From Squalus acanthias (Eukaryota), in the NCBI GenBank assembly GCA_030390025.1, contig CM059432.1, positions 110,548,001-110,612,000 on the forward strand: DNA of 64,000 nucleotides, read 5' to 3'. Position 1 is the first letter of the stretch, and the number at the start of each line of letters is the position of its first letter. The notes under the pieces are model-generated. The model did no database searches and was not told the DNA's origin. It worked only from the letters and a program-made list of their open reading frames with translations. Below, piece by piece: positions 35,975 through 49,400 of this stretch. The translations under genes were made by a program, and so were the position numbers.

Positions 35975-37957
35975 CATTCCCAGTTGTGGAAAATGTGGAC
36001 GCCCCTCTGCCACTTCAGGAAGAGAAGGCCAGCTTTCCTGAAGATGCAGCGTCACTCGATCTGACATCAGCAAGCAGCAGCTCAAAGACTAGAACCACAC
36101 GTACTTTAGAGGGTAGGTGAGAGGAGGGACCTTCATGTGATGCATCACCGGCTACAAGTGTGAAGGAGCTAGGGCAGGGGGATAGTACACCTCAGGTGCC
36201 AGATCACCTACTAGTTCTGCTGAAGAGTACTCAGATGCAGACCTTGAGGGCCTAGGTTACTGAAGAAGGCAGGAAAAACTGGGTGCACTGGGCAGGCTGC
36301 CAGTGAGCTTGCACACAATGGCTCAGAACATGCCCAGCTCCAACCTGTGTCGGGGCTACGTGCAGAGCATGGAGACAATTCTGTCCAACATGGAGTAAGT
36401 GGTCAGCTCCATGGACTCGACAGTGGGGCCTTTGCTGACGCTCCCATGGCAGCTCACACTGCTGCTCTGTGAGCTCAGATGGCTGCCACCTTAGCTTTGG
36501 GAGCCAGTGTCAACAGGGACTTCGAGATCATCGCATCACTCCTGTTCTCGAGTTGAGCTGTAGGAGTGTCGAGGTGCACTCCCAGGAAAATGGCTTTGGC
36601 TCCATGGCAGAGACACTTGCAGTCATCTCAAAATGAGAGCATGCCTGCTCCCCTGCCACCCACTCCGCCACTATCCTTTTTAATGCCACACAGCAAGCTA
36701 AACCAGAATGACCCGGCCCTAGATCCTGCAGTCTGCAGTCGGGCCCTCAAGGGATTCTGAAATGTCCTCAACGGAAGCTCAGTAGCCTTCCACCTCCTAA
36801 ACTGCAGCTACTGGGGAAACACTTCATAGGAGCACGAGGATAGGTAAACAAGCACACAAGACAGGCAATAAGGGATGGCACAGGGTGATTCTTAATTATT
36901 CCTGTTAAATATTATACACATGTGGAATTAACTTGTTGAATTACATTTTTTTTGTTTTGAATTTGATGTTGGTGTTTATATTTGTAGTGAAGTGAGGGCA
37001 AGACCCATTAGGCTGAACTGAAGGAAGGCCATCAGAGGCTGGTAGTAAGGACTGTGATGATAAAGATTGTAGGATTGTTGGTGTATTGGGGACGGGAGAG
37101 ATGGTTCACTCAAACAATCTTGGATGAGGTGCTCTCTAAGAGTTCTGGCAGCTAAGGGCACTGGTCGATGTTGCTCCTCCTATTTGAGCTGCTCTTCCTC
37201 TTCCCCCTCCTGCACTTCTTGCTGTCGAGGTGATGGTAAGGTCTGGTCCCTCTTATCCTGAGGTTGTGCTGCATGTAGCAGAAGGCTCGAGCTGTGGCTT
37301 TAGCAGGCGACACAGCTCGGTGACAGCCTCCCTTGGTGAAGTGAAAGTGCCTCATACATTGCTCCTCGGTGAAGTGGAGGTATAAGAAATGCTCCCTGAA
37401 GACCCGCTGTGGGTATGGCCCTCCTGCACCGTGCCCTCCTCTTCTCTCTTCTCCCAGATGCGCTTGCTCTCTCTTACCTTCTCAGCTGCTCCCCCTCCTT
37501 CTCCAGCCCCAAAGGCAGACCTACCACTGATGACTCCTGTAAAACTGTTGTCAAGGGAGACAGAAGCATCTTAGCAAACCGTTGTTGGCAGAAGTCAGAA
37601 ATCAGACTGTGAAAGCAGAAAATAGGCAAAAAAAATGCCCAGAGGTTAAGCAGCAGCCTCAAAGGGCAAACCAGCAACTGTGTCATGGGTGAGCCCTTTA
37701 AACAGCACTGCTGAAGGGTCCTTCCTGCTGTAAGTGCCATGGAAGAGTTTTATCATGTGGCGAGTCAGGGGCTGGAGCAGCCCAATTTCAAAATAGAGTC
37801 CTACAACCAGCCTAGGATCCTTATTTAAATATGATAATAAGGCTTTTAAATTATTCTGTCCGATCCAATATGATGGGCACATGTTGGGTCATATTGGATC
37901 TTTAGGCACCTGTCTTACTCCTGTAAAACGGGCGCGGTGCAATTCAATTTTGAGGCC
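35975..37957. mobile_element. Heavily decayed Harbinger element (accessory-gene tail on +, transposase remnant on -)
   Basis: Minus strand CYMQHNLRIRG and AARTLREHLIQ resemble the transposase C-terminus; cataggagcacgagga parallels catagaagcactagga at 24496; right TIR-like AATTTTGAGGCC. Confidence 0.6.
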
Positions 37958-38411
37958 ATTGCTTCTTAGAGCCATAGTGAATGGATTCAGCAGAAGAGCC
38001 GTGGAAACCCCAGAAAATAGCATTTATGCCATTTATACACTCATCGTGATCAGAGATAGTGCGCACACTGTGCATATTAGAGCAGTCAACATTCACAGGG
38101 AAACGTGAGGAGTGATCCTCACAATCTGAAATAATAGATAACATTTTTGCCCATTTTTGTGTCCCCCTCCTTCCAATTTCCATGGATAAGGCCTGGCAGA
38201 ACACAACATGCTTCCTAAATATAGCCATACTGTAAAGAAATGCAAATAAGGCAAATACTTCCTCCGATGTACGTCCTGTCATTTGCACCATAGTAACACT
38301 GGATAATAGGATGCCTGTTGGTCCCAGATGTCCAATGTTGCTATGGTAGCAGTGGGTGGTGTATTAATTTTTGAAGTGCAGAAAGTTGGACCAATCAATC
38401 ACATAGAGATA

Positions 38412-38740
38412 AATGGCAAGGCTTCTTCCGCAGCACCTCACAAACCCGTGACCTCTACCACCGAGAACGACAAGGGCAGCAAGCGCATGAGAACACCACC
38501 ACCTCCAAGTTCCCCTCCAAGTCACACACCATCCTGACTTGGAAATACATCGCCATTCCTTCATCGTCGCTGGGTCAAAATCCTGGAAATCCCTCCCTGA
38601 CAGCACTGTGGGAGTACCTTCACCACACAGACTGCAGCAGTTCAAGAAAGCGACTCACCACCACCTTCTCATGGGCAATTAGGGATGAGCAATAAATGCT
38701 GGCCTTGCCAGAGACGCCCACATCCCAGGAATGAAAAAAA
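38412..38740 (+). mobile_element. LINE 3' end (non-CR1-type tail) ending in a short A-run
   Basis: SKSWKSLPDSTVG...LQQFKKATHHHLLMGN-stop, then aataaatgctggccttgcc...cacatcccaggaatgaaaaaaa. Confidence 0.7.
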
Positions 38741-38831
38741 GAGGGTTGGAATTTAACATTTTTTTAAAAAGGTCTTTCTACATTCACTGAGAACTCAGAT
38801 GCTGTTGGCGCCATTATTCTGAGGGAGAGCC

Positions 38832-41717
38832 TTGAGGCCTGCTCCAGTCTAACTCCCCCCACTCCAGCTATGAGGCTTGCTGTAGTCTAACAACACCCCA
38901 CTCCAGCCCTGAGGCCTGCTCCAGTCTAACTCCCCCCCCATTCCAGCTCTGAGGCCTGCTCCAGTCTAACTCCACCCCTCTCCAGCTCTGAGGCCTGCTC
39001 CAGTCTAACTCCCCCCCCCACTCCAGCCCTGAGGCCTTCTCCAGTCTAACTCCGCCCCCACTCCAGCCCTGAGGCCTGCTCCAGTCTAACTCCGCCCCCA
39101 CTCCAGCCCTGAGGCCTGCTCCAGTCTAACTCCACCCCACTCCAGCCCTGAGTCCTGCTCCAGCCTAACTCCCCCCCCGCCACACTCCAGTCCTGAGGCC
39201 TGCTCCACCCCACTCCTGCCCTGAGGCTTGCTCCAGCCTAACTCCCCCCCCGCCACACTCCAGCCCTGAGACCTGCTCCAGTCTAACTCCACCCCACTCC
39301 AGCCCTGAGGCTTGCTCCAGTCTAACTCCACCTCATTCTAGCCCTGAGGCCTGCTCCAGTCTAACTCCACCCCACTCCAGCCCTGAGACCTGCTCCAGTC
39401 TAACTCCCACCCCACTCCAGCCCTGAGACCTGCTCCAGTCTAACTCCCACCCCACTCCAGCCCTGAGACCTGCTCCAGTCTAACTCCACCTCATTCTAGC
39501 CCTGAGACCTGCTCCAGTCTAACTCCACCTCACTGCAGCCCTGAGGCTTGCTCCAGTCTAACTCCACCCCACTCCAGCCCTGAGACCTGCTCCAGATTAA
39601 CAGTCTAAGGAGATTACAAAATGTTCAGGTACAGACGGATCTGGGCTCCTTGTACACGAATCACAAAAAGTTAGCATGCAGGTACAGCAAGTAATTAGGA
39701 AGGCAAAGGGAATGTTGGCCTTTATTGCAAAGGGAATGGAGTATAAAAGTAGGGAAATCCTGCTATAACTGTACAGGGCGTTGGTGAGACCACACCTGGA
39801 GTACTGCGTACCGTTTTGGTCTCCTTATTTAAGGAAGGATATACTTGCATTGGAGGCAGTGCAGAGAAGGTTCACAAGGTTGATTCCGGAGATGAAGTGA
39901 TTGTCTTATGAAGAAAGGTTGAGTTGATTGGGCCTATACTCATTGGAGGTTAGAAAAATGAGAGGGGATCTTATTGAAACATATTAGATTCTGAAGGGGC
40001 TTGACAGGGTAGATGCAGAGAGGATGTTTCCCCTCGTGGGGGAATCTAGAACTAGGTGGCATAACTTCAGAATAAGGGGGCACCCATTTAAATCGGAAAT
40101 GAGGAGGAATTTCTTCTCTCAGACGGTCATGAATCTTCGGAATTCTCTTCCCCAGAGAGCTGTGGAGGCAGGGTCATTGAATATATTTAAGGTGGAGATA
40201 GACAGATTTTTGAAAGGCAAGGGATTCAAGGGTTATGGGGAGCGGGGAGGGAAGTGGAGTTGAGGCCAAGGTCAGATCAGCCATGATCTATTGAATGGCG
40301 AGAGCACGCTCGAGGGGCCAAATGACCTACCCCTGCACCTACGTCTTATGTTCTTATGTTCCCCCCCACTCCAGCTCTGAGGCCTGCTCCAAACTAACTC
40401 CCCCCCACTCCAGCTCTGAGGCCTGCTCCAGTCTAAATCCACCCCACTCCAGCCCTGAGGCCTGCTCCAGTCTAACTCCACCCCACTCCAGCCCTGAGGC
40501 CTGCTCCAGTCTAACTCCACCCCACTCCAGCCCTGAAGCCTGCTCCAGTCTAACTCCCCCCCACTTCAGCTCTCAGGCCTGCTCCAGTCTAACTCCATCC
40601 CACTCCAGCCCTGAGGCCTGCTCCAGTCTAACTCCACCCCACTCCAGCCCTGAGGCCTGCTCCAGTCTAACTCCCCCCCACTTCAGCTCTTAGGCCTGCT
40701 CCAGTCTAACTCCATCCCACTCCAGCCCTGAGGCCTGCTCCAGTCTAACTCCCCCCCACTTCAGATCTCAGGCCTGCTCCAGTCTAACTCCATCCCACTC
40801 CAGCCCTGAGGCCTGCTCCAGTCTAACTCCCCCCCACTTCAGCTCTCAGGCCTGCTCCAGTCTAACTCCATCCCACTCCAGCCCTGAGGTCTGCTCCAGT
40901 CTAACTCCACCCCATTCGAGCCCTGAGCCTGCTCCAGACTAACTCCATCCCACTCCAGCTCTGAGGCCTGCTCCAGCCTAACTCACCACACTCCATCTCT
41001 GAGGCCTGCTCCAGTCTAACTCCACCCCATTCGAGCCCTGAGGCCTGCTCCAGTCTAACTCCCCCCCACTCCAGCTCTGAGGCCTGCTCCAGTCTAACTC
41101 TATCCCACTCCAGCCCTAAGGCCTGCTCCAGTCTAACTCCACCCCACTCGAGCCCTGAGGCCTGCTCCAGCCTAACTCCCCCCATCTCCATCTCTGAGGC
41201 CTACTCCAGTCTAACTCCCCCCCACTCCAGCCCTGAGGCCTGCTCCAGTCTAACTCCACCCCACTCCACTTCTGAGGCCTGCTCCAGTCTAACTCCACCC
41301 CACTCCAGCCCTGAGATCTGCTCCAGTCTAATTCCACCCCCCCACTCCAGCTCTGAGGCCTGCTCCAGCCTAACTCCCCCCCAATCCCGCCCTGATACCT
41401 GCTCCAGTCTAACGCCACCCCACTCTATCCCTGAGGCCTGCTCCAGTCTAACTCCCCCCCCCACTCCATGGGCTGAGGCCTGCTCCAGTCTAACTCCACC
41501 CCACTCCAGCTCTGAGGCCTACTCCAGTCTAACTCCCCCCCACTCCAACCCTGAGACCTGCTCCAGTCTAACTCCACCCCACTCCAGCTCTGAGGCCTAC
41601 TCTAGTCTAACTCCCCCCCCACTCCAGCCCTGAGGCCTGCTCCAGCCTAACTCCCCCGCAATCCCGCCCTGAGGCCTGCTCCAGCCTAACTCCCACCCAC
41701 TCCATGGGCTGAGGCTT
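38832..41717. repeat. 39-bp minisatellite, roughly 54 units, split by a CR1
   Basis: Unit CCACTCCAGCCCTGAGGCCTGCTCCAGTCTAACTCCACC; translates as the 13-aa repeat VELDWSRPQGWSG. Confidence 0.97.
39602..40359 (+). mobile_element. 5'-truncated CR1 inserted in the 39-bp array
   Basis: [13 protein letters not shown]...MFPLVGESRTR...; 3' UTR with TCTTATGTTCTTATGTT tail. Confidence 0.93.
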
Positions 41718-42322
41718 GGAAAGTCCACCTTAAATATATTAATGACATTGAATCAATAAGATTGCATCGAGTCATGGTATATCTTCATGGTGAGCAAAAG
41801 TCCCACCATGTATGAGAAGCAATCCGAATCAGCAAAAACAGAAACTCCACGCCAATGCCTTGATATGACATTCCTCTGGCCACTATATTATTTTAAAAGG
41901 GTTAATACCTGGGTTAATATAGCAGATAGAGGCATGTCATGTGACATGTTCATCTCCCATTACTACTAAGAGTAATTTCTAGTCTGATGGACTTTAAAAT
42001 GCACAGCAGGTCGATCAATATCTAAAAGGAAAAGACAGATTAATGCTGATGCATGGGAAGTGACTGAATGTTGTGCGTCCCTGCACTCTGTTTCTGTTCC
42101 CCGTTCTCTACCCTGACAAACCCAAGTGCCTTGGCTGCATGGATTTGGTCCACATGGTGGCAGGAGCAGATTTTTTATTGCCACCGACACAGGCTTTGGG
42201 AGGACAATACACACCCACCACTTCGTCTAGAATGTGTCATTTGGTCCTGTCTGCTGTAGAGTAATTCAAGTTATCTGCAACGTGTAATTTGATCCAGTCA
42301 ACAGGCTCTCGAGATCATACAA

Positions 42323-43075
42323 TGCACAGTGCTGACACTACTGATTTCAGAGAACACACAGCGCTGACACTACTGATTTCAGAGGACGCACAGCGCTGAC
42401 ACTACTGATTTCAGAGAACACACAGCGCTGACACTACTGATTTCAGAGAACGCACAGCGCTGACACTACTGATTTCAGAGAATGCACAGCGCTGACACGA
42501 CTGATTTCAGAGAATGCACAGTGCTGACACTACTGATTTCAGAGAATGCACAGTGCTGACACTACTGATTTCAGAGAACACACAGCACTGACACTACTGA
42601 TTTCAGAGAACACACAGCGCTGACACGACTGATTTCAGAGAATGCACAGTGCTGACACTACTGATTTCAGAGAACGCACAGTGCTGACACTACTGATTTC
42701 AGAGAACGCACAGTGCTGACACTACTGATTTCAGAGGACGCACAGTGCTAACACTACTGATTTCAGAGAACACACAGCGCTGACACGACTGATTTCAGAG
42801 AACGCACAGTGCTGACACTACTGATTTCAGAGAACACACAGTGCTGACACTACTGATTTCAGAGAACGCTCAGTGCTGACACAATCAAGTTAATACAACG
42901 CACAGTGCTAACACTACTGATTTCAGAGAACGCTCAGTGCTGACACAATCAAGTTAATACAACGCACAGTGCTAACACTACAGATCTCAGAGCACACACA
43001 GTGCTGACACTACTGAGTGTAGTGAATGCGCACGCTAACACTACTGAGTTTAGAGAAGGCACAGCACTGACAATC
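42323..43075. repeat. 32-bp minisatellite, roughly 22 units, degenerating at the right end
   Basis: Unit GCACAGTGCTGACACTACTGATTTCAGAGAAC. Confidence 0.97.
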
Positions 43076-43084
43076 TGGAGTTCA

Positions 43085-43335
43085 GAGAGGAAGGGGTGTG
43101 ACCATGCAGGGATTTCAACATGAGGCTGAGAATTTTAAAATCAACGTGATGGTGGACTGGGAGCCAATGTAAGTCAGCGAGCACAGGGGTGATGGGTGAA
43201 CGGGACTTTCAGTGAATACAATATGTGCAGCAGAGTTTTGGATGAGTTCAAGTTCATTGAAGGTGGAAAATGAAAGGCCAGCCAGGAGTGCATTGGAATA
43301 GTCGGGTCTAGAGATAACAAAGGTATGGATGAGGC
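43085..43335 (-). mobile_element. L2-type LINE RT C-terminal fragment
   Basis: Minus strand LIHTFVISRPDYSNALLAGL...LIQNSAAH...PITPVLADLHWLPV. Confidence 0.8.
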
Positions 43336-43429
43336 CTTTGTCTGGAAGGCCATCTGGGGAACAGCAGCAGGTGTACCTTTGAATGGCCTACGGTCTGAGT
43401 GAAGCTACGATGAAAGCTTGCCTCATCCT

Positions 43430-46400
43430 CTCCAATCCCTTGATCTCTTCCCCCACTCCGAGATCCTGACCTTCTCCCTATCCCAGCTCCTGACCTTCTC
43501 CCCCAGTCCGATCTCCTGAACATCTCCCCCTCTGATCTCCTGACATTCTGCCCCTTCGATCTCCTGACCTTCTCCCCTCCGATCTCCTGACCTTCTCCCC
43601 TCCGATCTCCTGACCTTCTCCCCTTCCGATCTCCTGCCCTTCTCCCCATCCCAGCTCCTGACCTTCTCCCCCAGTCCGATCTCCTGAACATCTCCCCCCT
43701 CCGATTTCCTGAGCTTCTCCCCCCCCGATCTCCTGACTTTCTCTCCCCCCGATCTCCTGACCTTCTTCCCCTCCGATCTCCTGACTTCTCCCTCTCCGAT
43801 CTCCTGACCTTCTCCCCCCTGATCTCCTGACCTTCTCCCCTCCGATCTCCTGACTTCTCCCTCTCCGATCTCCTGACCTTCTCCCCCCTGATCTCCTGAC
43901 CTTCTCCCCTCCGATCTCCTGACCTTCTCTCCAATCTCCTGACCTTCTCCCTCTCCGATCTCCTGACCTTCTCCCCCCTGATCTCCTGAACTTCTCCACC
44001 CCCTGATCTCCTGACCTTCTCCCCCTCCGATCTCCTGACTTCTCCCTCTCCGATCTCCTGACCTTCTCCCCCCTGATCTCCTGACCTTCTCCCCTCCGAT
44101 CTCCTGACCTTCTCTCGACTGATCTCCTGAGATTCTCCCTCTCCGATCTCCTGACCTTCTCCCTCTCCGAACTCCTGACCTTCTCCCTCTCCAATCTCCT
44201 GACCTTCTCCCCCTCTGATCTCCTGATCTTCTCCCCCTCCGATCTCCTGACCTTCTCCCCTCTGATCTCCTGACCGTCTCCCCTCTGATCTCCTGACCTT
44301 CTCCCCCTCCGATCTCCTGAGCTTCTCCCTCTCTGATTTCCTGACCTTCTCCCTCTCCGATCTCCTGACCTTCTCCCCTCCGATCTCCTGACCTTCTCCC
44401 CTTCTGATCTCCTGACCTTCTCTCTTCCGATCACCTGCCCTTCTCCCCATCCCTGCTCCTGACCTTCTCCCCAAAGTCCGATCTCCTGAACATCTCCCCC
44501 CTTCGATTTCCTGAGCTTCTCCCCTCTGATCTCCTGACCTTCTCCCCCCCCGATCTCCTGACCTTCTCCCCCCCCGATCTCCTGACCTTCTCCCTCTCCG
44601 ATCTCCTGACCTTCTACCCCCTGATCTCCTGACCTTCTCTCCACTGATCTCCTGACCTTCTCCCTCTCCGATCACCTGACCTTCTCCACCCTCCGATCTC
44701 CTGACCTTCTCCCCCTCCGATCTCCTGACTTCTCCCTCTCCGATCACCTGACCTTTTCCCCCCTGATCTCCTGACCTTCTCCCTCTCCGATCTCCTGACC
44801 TTCTCTCCACTGCTCTCCTGACCTTCTCCCTCTCCGATCTCCTGGCCTTCTCCCTCTCCGAACTCCTGACCTTCTCCCTCTCTGATCTCCTGACTTCTCC
44901 CTCTCCGATCTCCTGACCTTCTTCCCTCCGATCTCCTGACCTTCTCTCGACTGATCTCCTGACCTTCTCCCTCTCCGATCTCCTGACCTTCTCCCTCTCC
45001 GATCTCCTGACCTTCTCCCTCTCCGATCTCCTGACCTTCTCCCTCTCCGATCTCCTGACCTTCTCCCTCTCCGAACTCCTGACCTTCTCCCTCTCCGATC
45101 TCCTGACCTTCTCCCCCCTGATCGCCTGACCTTCTCTCCACTGATCTCCTGACCTTCTCCCTCTCCGATCTCTTGACCTTCTCCCCTCCGATCTCCTGAC
45201 CTTCTCCCCCTCCGATCTCCTGACCTTCTCCCTCTCCGATCTCCTGACCTTCTCCCTCTCCGATCTCCTGACCTTCTCCCTCTCCGATCTCCTGACCATC
45301 TCCCTCTCCGATCTCCTGACCATCTCCCTCTCCGATCTCCTGACCTTCCCCCTCTGATCTCCTGACCTTCCCCCTCCGATCTCCTGACATTCTCTCCACT
45401 GATCTCCTGACCTTCTCCCTCTCCGATCACCTGACCTTCTCCACCCCCCGATCTCCTGACCTTCTTCCTCTCCGATCTCTTGACCTTCTCCCTCTCCGAT
45501 CACCTGACCTTCTCCCCCCTGATCTGACCTTCTCCCCTCCGATCTCCTGATCTTCTCCCCTTCCCTTCTCTCTTCTGATTACCTGCCCTTCTCCCCATCC
45601 CAACTCCTGACCTTCTCCCCAAAGTCCGATCTCCTGAACATCTCCCCCCTCCGATTTCCTGAGCTTCTCCCCTCTGATCTCCTGACCTTCTCCCCCCCGA
45701 TCTCCTGACCTTTTCCCCCCCCGATCTCCTGACCTTCTCCCTCTCCGATCTCCTGACCTTCTACCCCCTGATCGCCTGACCTTCTCTCCACTGATCTCCT
45801 GACCTTCTCCCTCTCCGATCACCTGACCTTCTCCACCCCCGATCTCCTGACCTTCTCCCCCTCCGATCTCCTGACTTCTCCCTCTCCGATCACCTGACAT
45901 TCTCCCCGCAGATCTCCTGACCTTCCCACCTCCGATCTCCTGACCTTCTCTCCACTGATCTCCTGACCTTCTCCCCCTTCGATCTCCTGACCTTCTCTCC
46001 ACTGATCTCCTGACCTTCTCCCCCTCCGATCTCCTGACCTTCTCCCTCTCCGATCACCTGACCTTCTCCCCCCTGATCTCCTGACCTTCTCCCCTCCGAT
46101 CTCCTGACCTTCTCTCCACTGATCTCCTGACCTTCTCCCTCTCCGATCTCCTGACCTTCTCCCCTCCGATCTCCTGACCTTCTCCCTCTCCGATCTCCTG
46201 ACCTTCTCCCTCTCCGATCTCCTGACCTTCTCCCTCTCCGATCTCCTGACCTTCTCCCTCTCCGATCTCCTGACCTTCTCCCTCTCCGATCTCCTGACCT
46301 TCTCCCTCTCCGATCTCTTGACCTTCTCCCCTCCGATCTCCTGACCTTCTCCCCCTCCGATCTCCTGACCTTCTCCCTCTCCGATCTCCTGACCTTCTCC

Positions 46401-49400
46401 CTCTCCGATCTCCTGACCTTCTCCCTCTCCGATCTCCTGACCATCTCCCTCTCCGATCTCCTGACCATCTCCCTCTCCGATCTCCTGACCTTCCCCCTCT
46501 GATCTCCTGACCTTCCCCCACCGATCTCCTGACATTCTCTCCACTGATCTCCTGACCTTCTCCCTCTCCGATCACCTGACCTTCTCCACCCCCCGATCTC
46601 CTGACCTTCTTCCTCTCCGATCTCTTGACCTTCTCCCTCTCCGATCACCTGACCTTCTCCCCCCTGATCTGACCTTCTCCCCTCCGAACTCCTGACCTTC
46701 TCCCCTACCCTTCTCTCTTCTGATTACCTGCCCTTCTCCCCATCCCAACTCCTGACCTTCTCCCCAAAGTCCGATCTCCTGAACATCTCCCCCCTCCGAT
46801 TTCCTGAGCTTCTCCCCTCTGATCTCCTGACCTTCTCCCCCCCGATCTACTGACCTTCTCCCCCCCCGATCTCCTGACCTTCTCCCTCTCCGATCTCCTG
46901 ACCTTCTACCCCCTGATCGCCTGACCTTCTCTCCAATGATCTCCTGACCTTCTCCCTCTCCGATCACCTGACCTTCTCCACCCCCCGATCTCCTGACCTT
47001 CTCCCCCTCCGATCTCCTGACTTCTCCCTCTCCGATCACCTGACCTTCTCCCCGCTGATCTCCTGACCTTCCCACCTCCGATCTCCTGACCTTCTCTCCA
47101 CTGATCTCCTGACCTTCTCCCCCTCCGATCTCCTGACCTTCTCTCCACTGATCTCCTGACCTTCTCCCCCTCCGATCTCCTGACCTTCTCCCTCTCCGAT
47201 CACCTGACCTTCTCCCCCCTGATCTCCTGACCTTCTCCCCTCCGATCTCCTGACCTTCTCTCCACTGCTCTCCTGACCTTCTCCCTCTCCGATCTCCTGA
47301 CCTTCTCCCCTCCGATCTCCTGACCTTCTCCCTCTCCGATCTCCTGACCTTCTCCCTCTCCGATCTCCTGACCTTCTCCCTCTCCGATCTCCTGACCTTC
47401 TCCCTCTCCGATCTCCTGATCTTCTCCCTCTCCGATCTCCTGACCTTCTCCCTCTCCGATCTGCTGACCTTCTCCCTCTCCTAACTCCTGACCTTCTCCC
47501 TCTCCGATCTCCTGACCTTCTCCCCCCTGATCGCCTGACCTTCTCTTCACTGATCTCCTGACCTTCTCCATCTCCGATCACCTGACCTTCTCCACCCCCC
47601 GATCTTCTGACCTTCTCCCTCTCCGATCTCTTGACCTTCTCCTCTCCGATCTCCTGACCTTCTCCCCCTCCGATCTCCTGACCTTCTCCCTCTCCGATCT
47701 CCTGCCCTTCTCCCTCTCCGATCTCCTGACCTTCTCCCTCTCCGATCTCCTGACCATCTCCCTCTCCGATCTCCTGACCTTCTCCCCCTCTGATCTCCTG
47801 ACCTTCCCCCTCCGATCTCCTGACATTCTCTCCACTGACCTCCTGACCTTCTCCCTCTCCGATCACCTGACCTTCTCCACCCCCCGATCTCCTGACCTTC
47901 TCCCTCTCCGATCTCTTGACCTTCTCCCTCTCCGAACACCTGACCTTCTCCCCCCTGATCTGACCTTCTCCCCTCCGATCTCCTGACCTTCTCCCCTCCG
48001 ATCTCCTGACCTTCTCTCTTCCGATTACCTGCCCTTCTCCCCATCCCAGCTCGTGACCTTCTCCCCAAAGTCCGATCTCTTGAACATCTCCCCCCTCCGA
48101 TTTCCTGAGCTTCTCCCCTCTGATCTCCTGACCTTCTCCCCCCCCCGATCTCCTGACCTTCTCCCCCCGATCTCCTAATCTTCTCCCTCTCCGATCTCCT
48201 GACCTTCTCCCCCCTGATCGCCTGACCTTCTCTCCACTGATCTCCTGACATTCTCCCTCTACGATCACCTGACCTTCTCCACCCGCCGATCTCCTGACCT
48301 TCTCCCCCTCCGATCTCCTGACTTCTCCCTCTCCGATCACCTGACTTCTCCCCCCTGATCTCCTGACCTTCCCACCTCCAATCTCCTGACCTTCTCTCCA
48401 CTGATCTCCTGACCTTCTCCCCCTCCGATCTCCTGACCTTCTCCCTCTCCGAACTCCTGACCTTCTCCCTCTCCGATCTCCTGACCTTCTCCCCCCTGAT
48501 CTCATGACCTTCTCCCCCCTGATCTCCTGACCTTCTCCCCTCCGATCTCCTGACCTTCTCACCACTGATCTCCTGACCTTCTCCCCCTCCGATCTCCTGA
48601 CCTTCTCCCTCTCCGATCTCCTTACCTTCTCCCTCTCCGAACTCCTGACCTTCTCCCTCTCCGATCTCCTGACCTTCTCCCCCCTGATCTCCTGACCTTC
48701 TACCCCCTGATCTCCTGACCTTCTCGCCTCCGATCTCCTGACCTTCTCACCACTGATCTCCTGACCTTCTCCCTCTCCGATCTCCTGACCTTCTCCCCTC
48801 CGATCTCCTGACCTTCTCTCGACTGATCTCCTGACCTTCTCCCTCTCCGATCTCCTGACCTTCTCCCTCTCCAATCTCCTGACCTTCTCCCTCTCCGATC
48901 TCCTGACCTTCTCCCTCTCCGAACTCCTGACCTTCTCCCTCTCCGAACTCCTGACCTTCTCCCTCGCCGATCTCCTGACCTTCTCCCCCCCGATCTCCTG
49001 ACCTTCTCACCACTGATCTCCTGACCTTCTCCCTCTCCGATCTCCTGACCTTCTCCCTCTCCGATCTCCTGACCTTCTCCCTCTCCGATCTCCTGACCTT
49101 CTCCCTCTCCGATCTCCTGACCTTCTCCCCCTCTGATCTCCTGACCTTCTCCCCCCCCGATCTCCTGACCTCCCCTTCGATCTCCTGACCTTCTCCTCTC
49201 CGAACTCCTGACCTTCTCCCCTCCGATCTCCTGACCTTCTCCCTCTCCGATCACCTGACCTTCTCCCCCCTGATCTGACCTTCTCCCCCTCCGATCTCCT
49301 GACCTTCTCCCCTCCGATCTCCTGACCTTCTCCCCTTCCGATCTCCTGACCTTCTCTCTTCCGATTACCTGCCCTTCTCCCCTCTGATCTCCTGACCTTC

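Noticed and set aside
37944..38330. Minus-strand 115-aa ORF with an SLC4-like RTSEEVFALF stretch
   Set aside because: Similarity is limited to a few residues; the rest is unrelated and there are no consistent exon boundaries
38868..41464. ORFs with ELDWSRPQGWSG or PPHSSPEACSSLT repeats
   Set aside because: Translations of the 39-bp minisatellite
42323..43075. CRISPR-like array (32-bp repeats)
   Set aside because: Repeats are head-to-tail with no unique spacers, there are no cas genes, and the context is vertebrate
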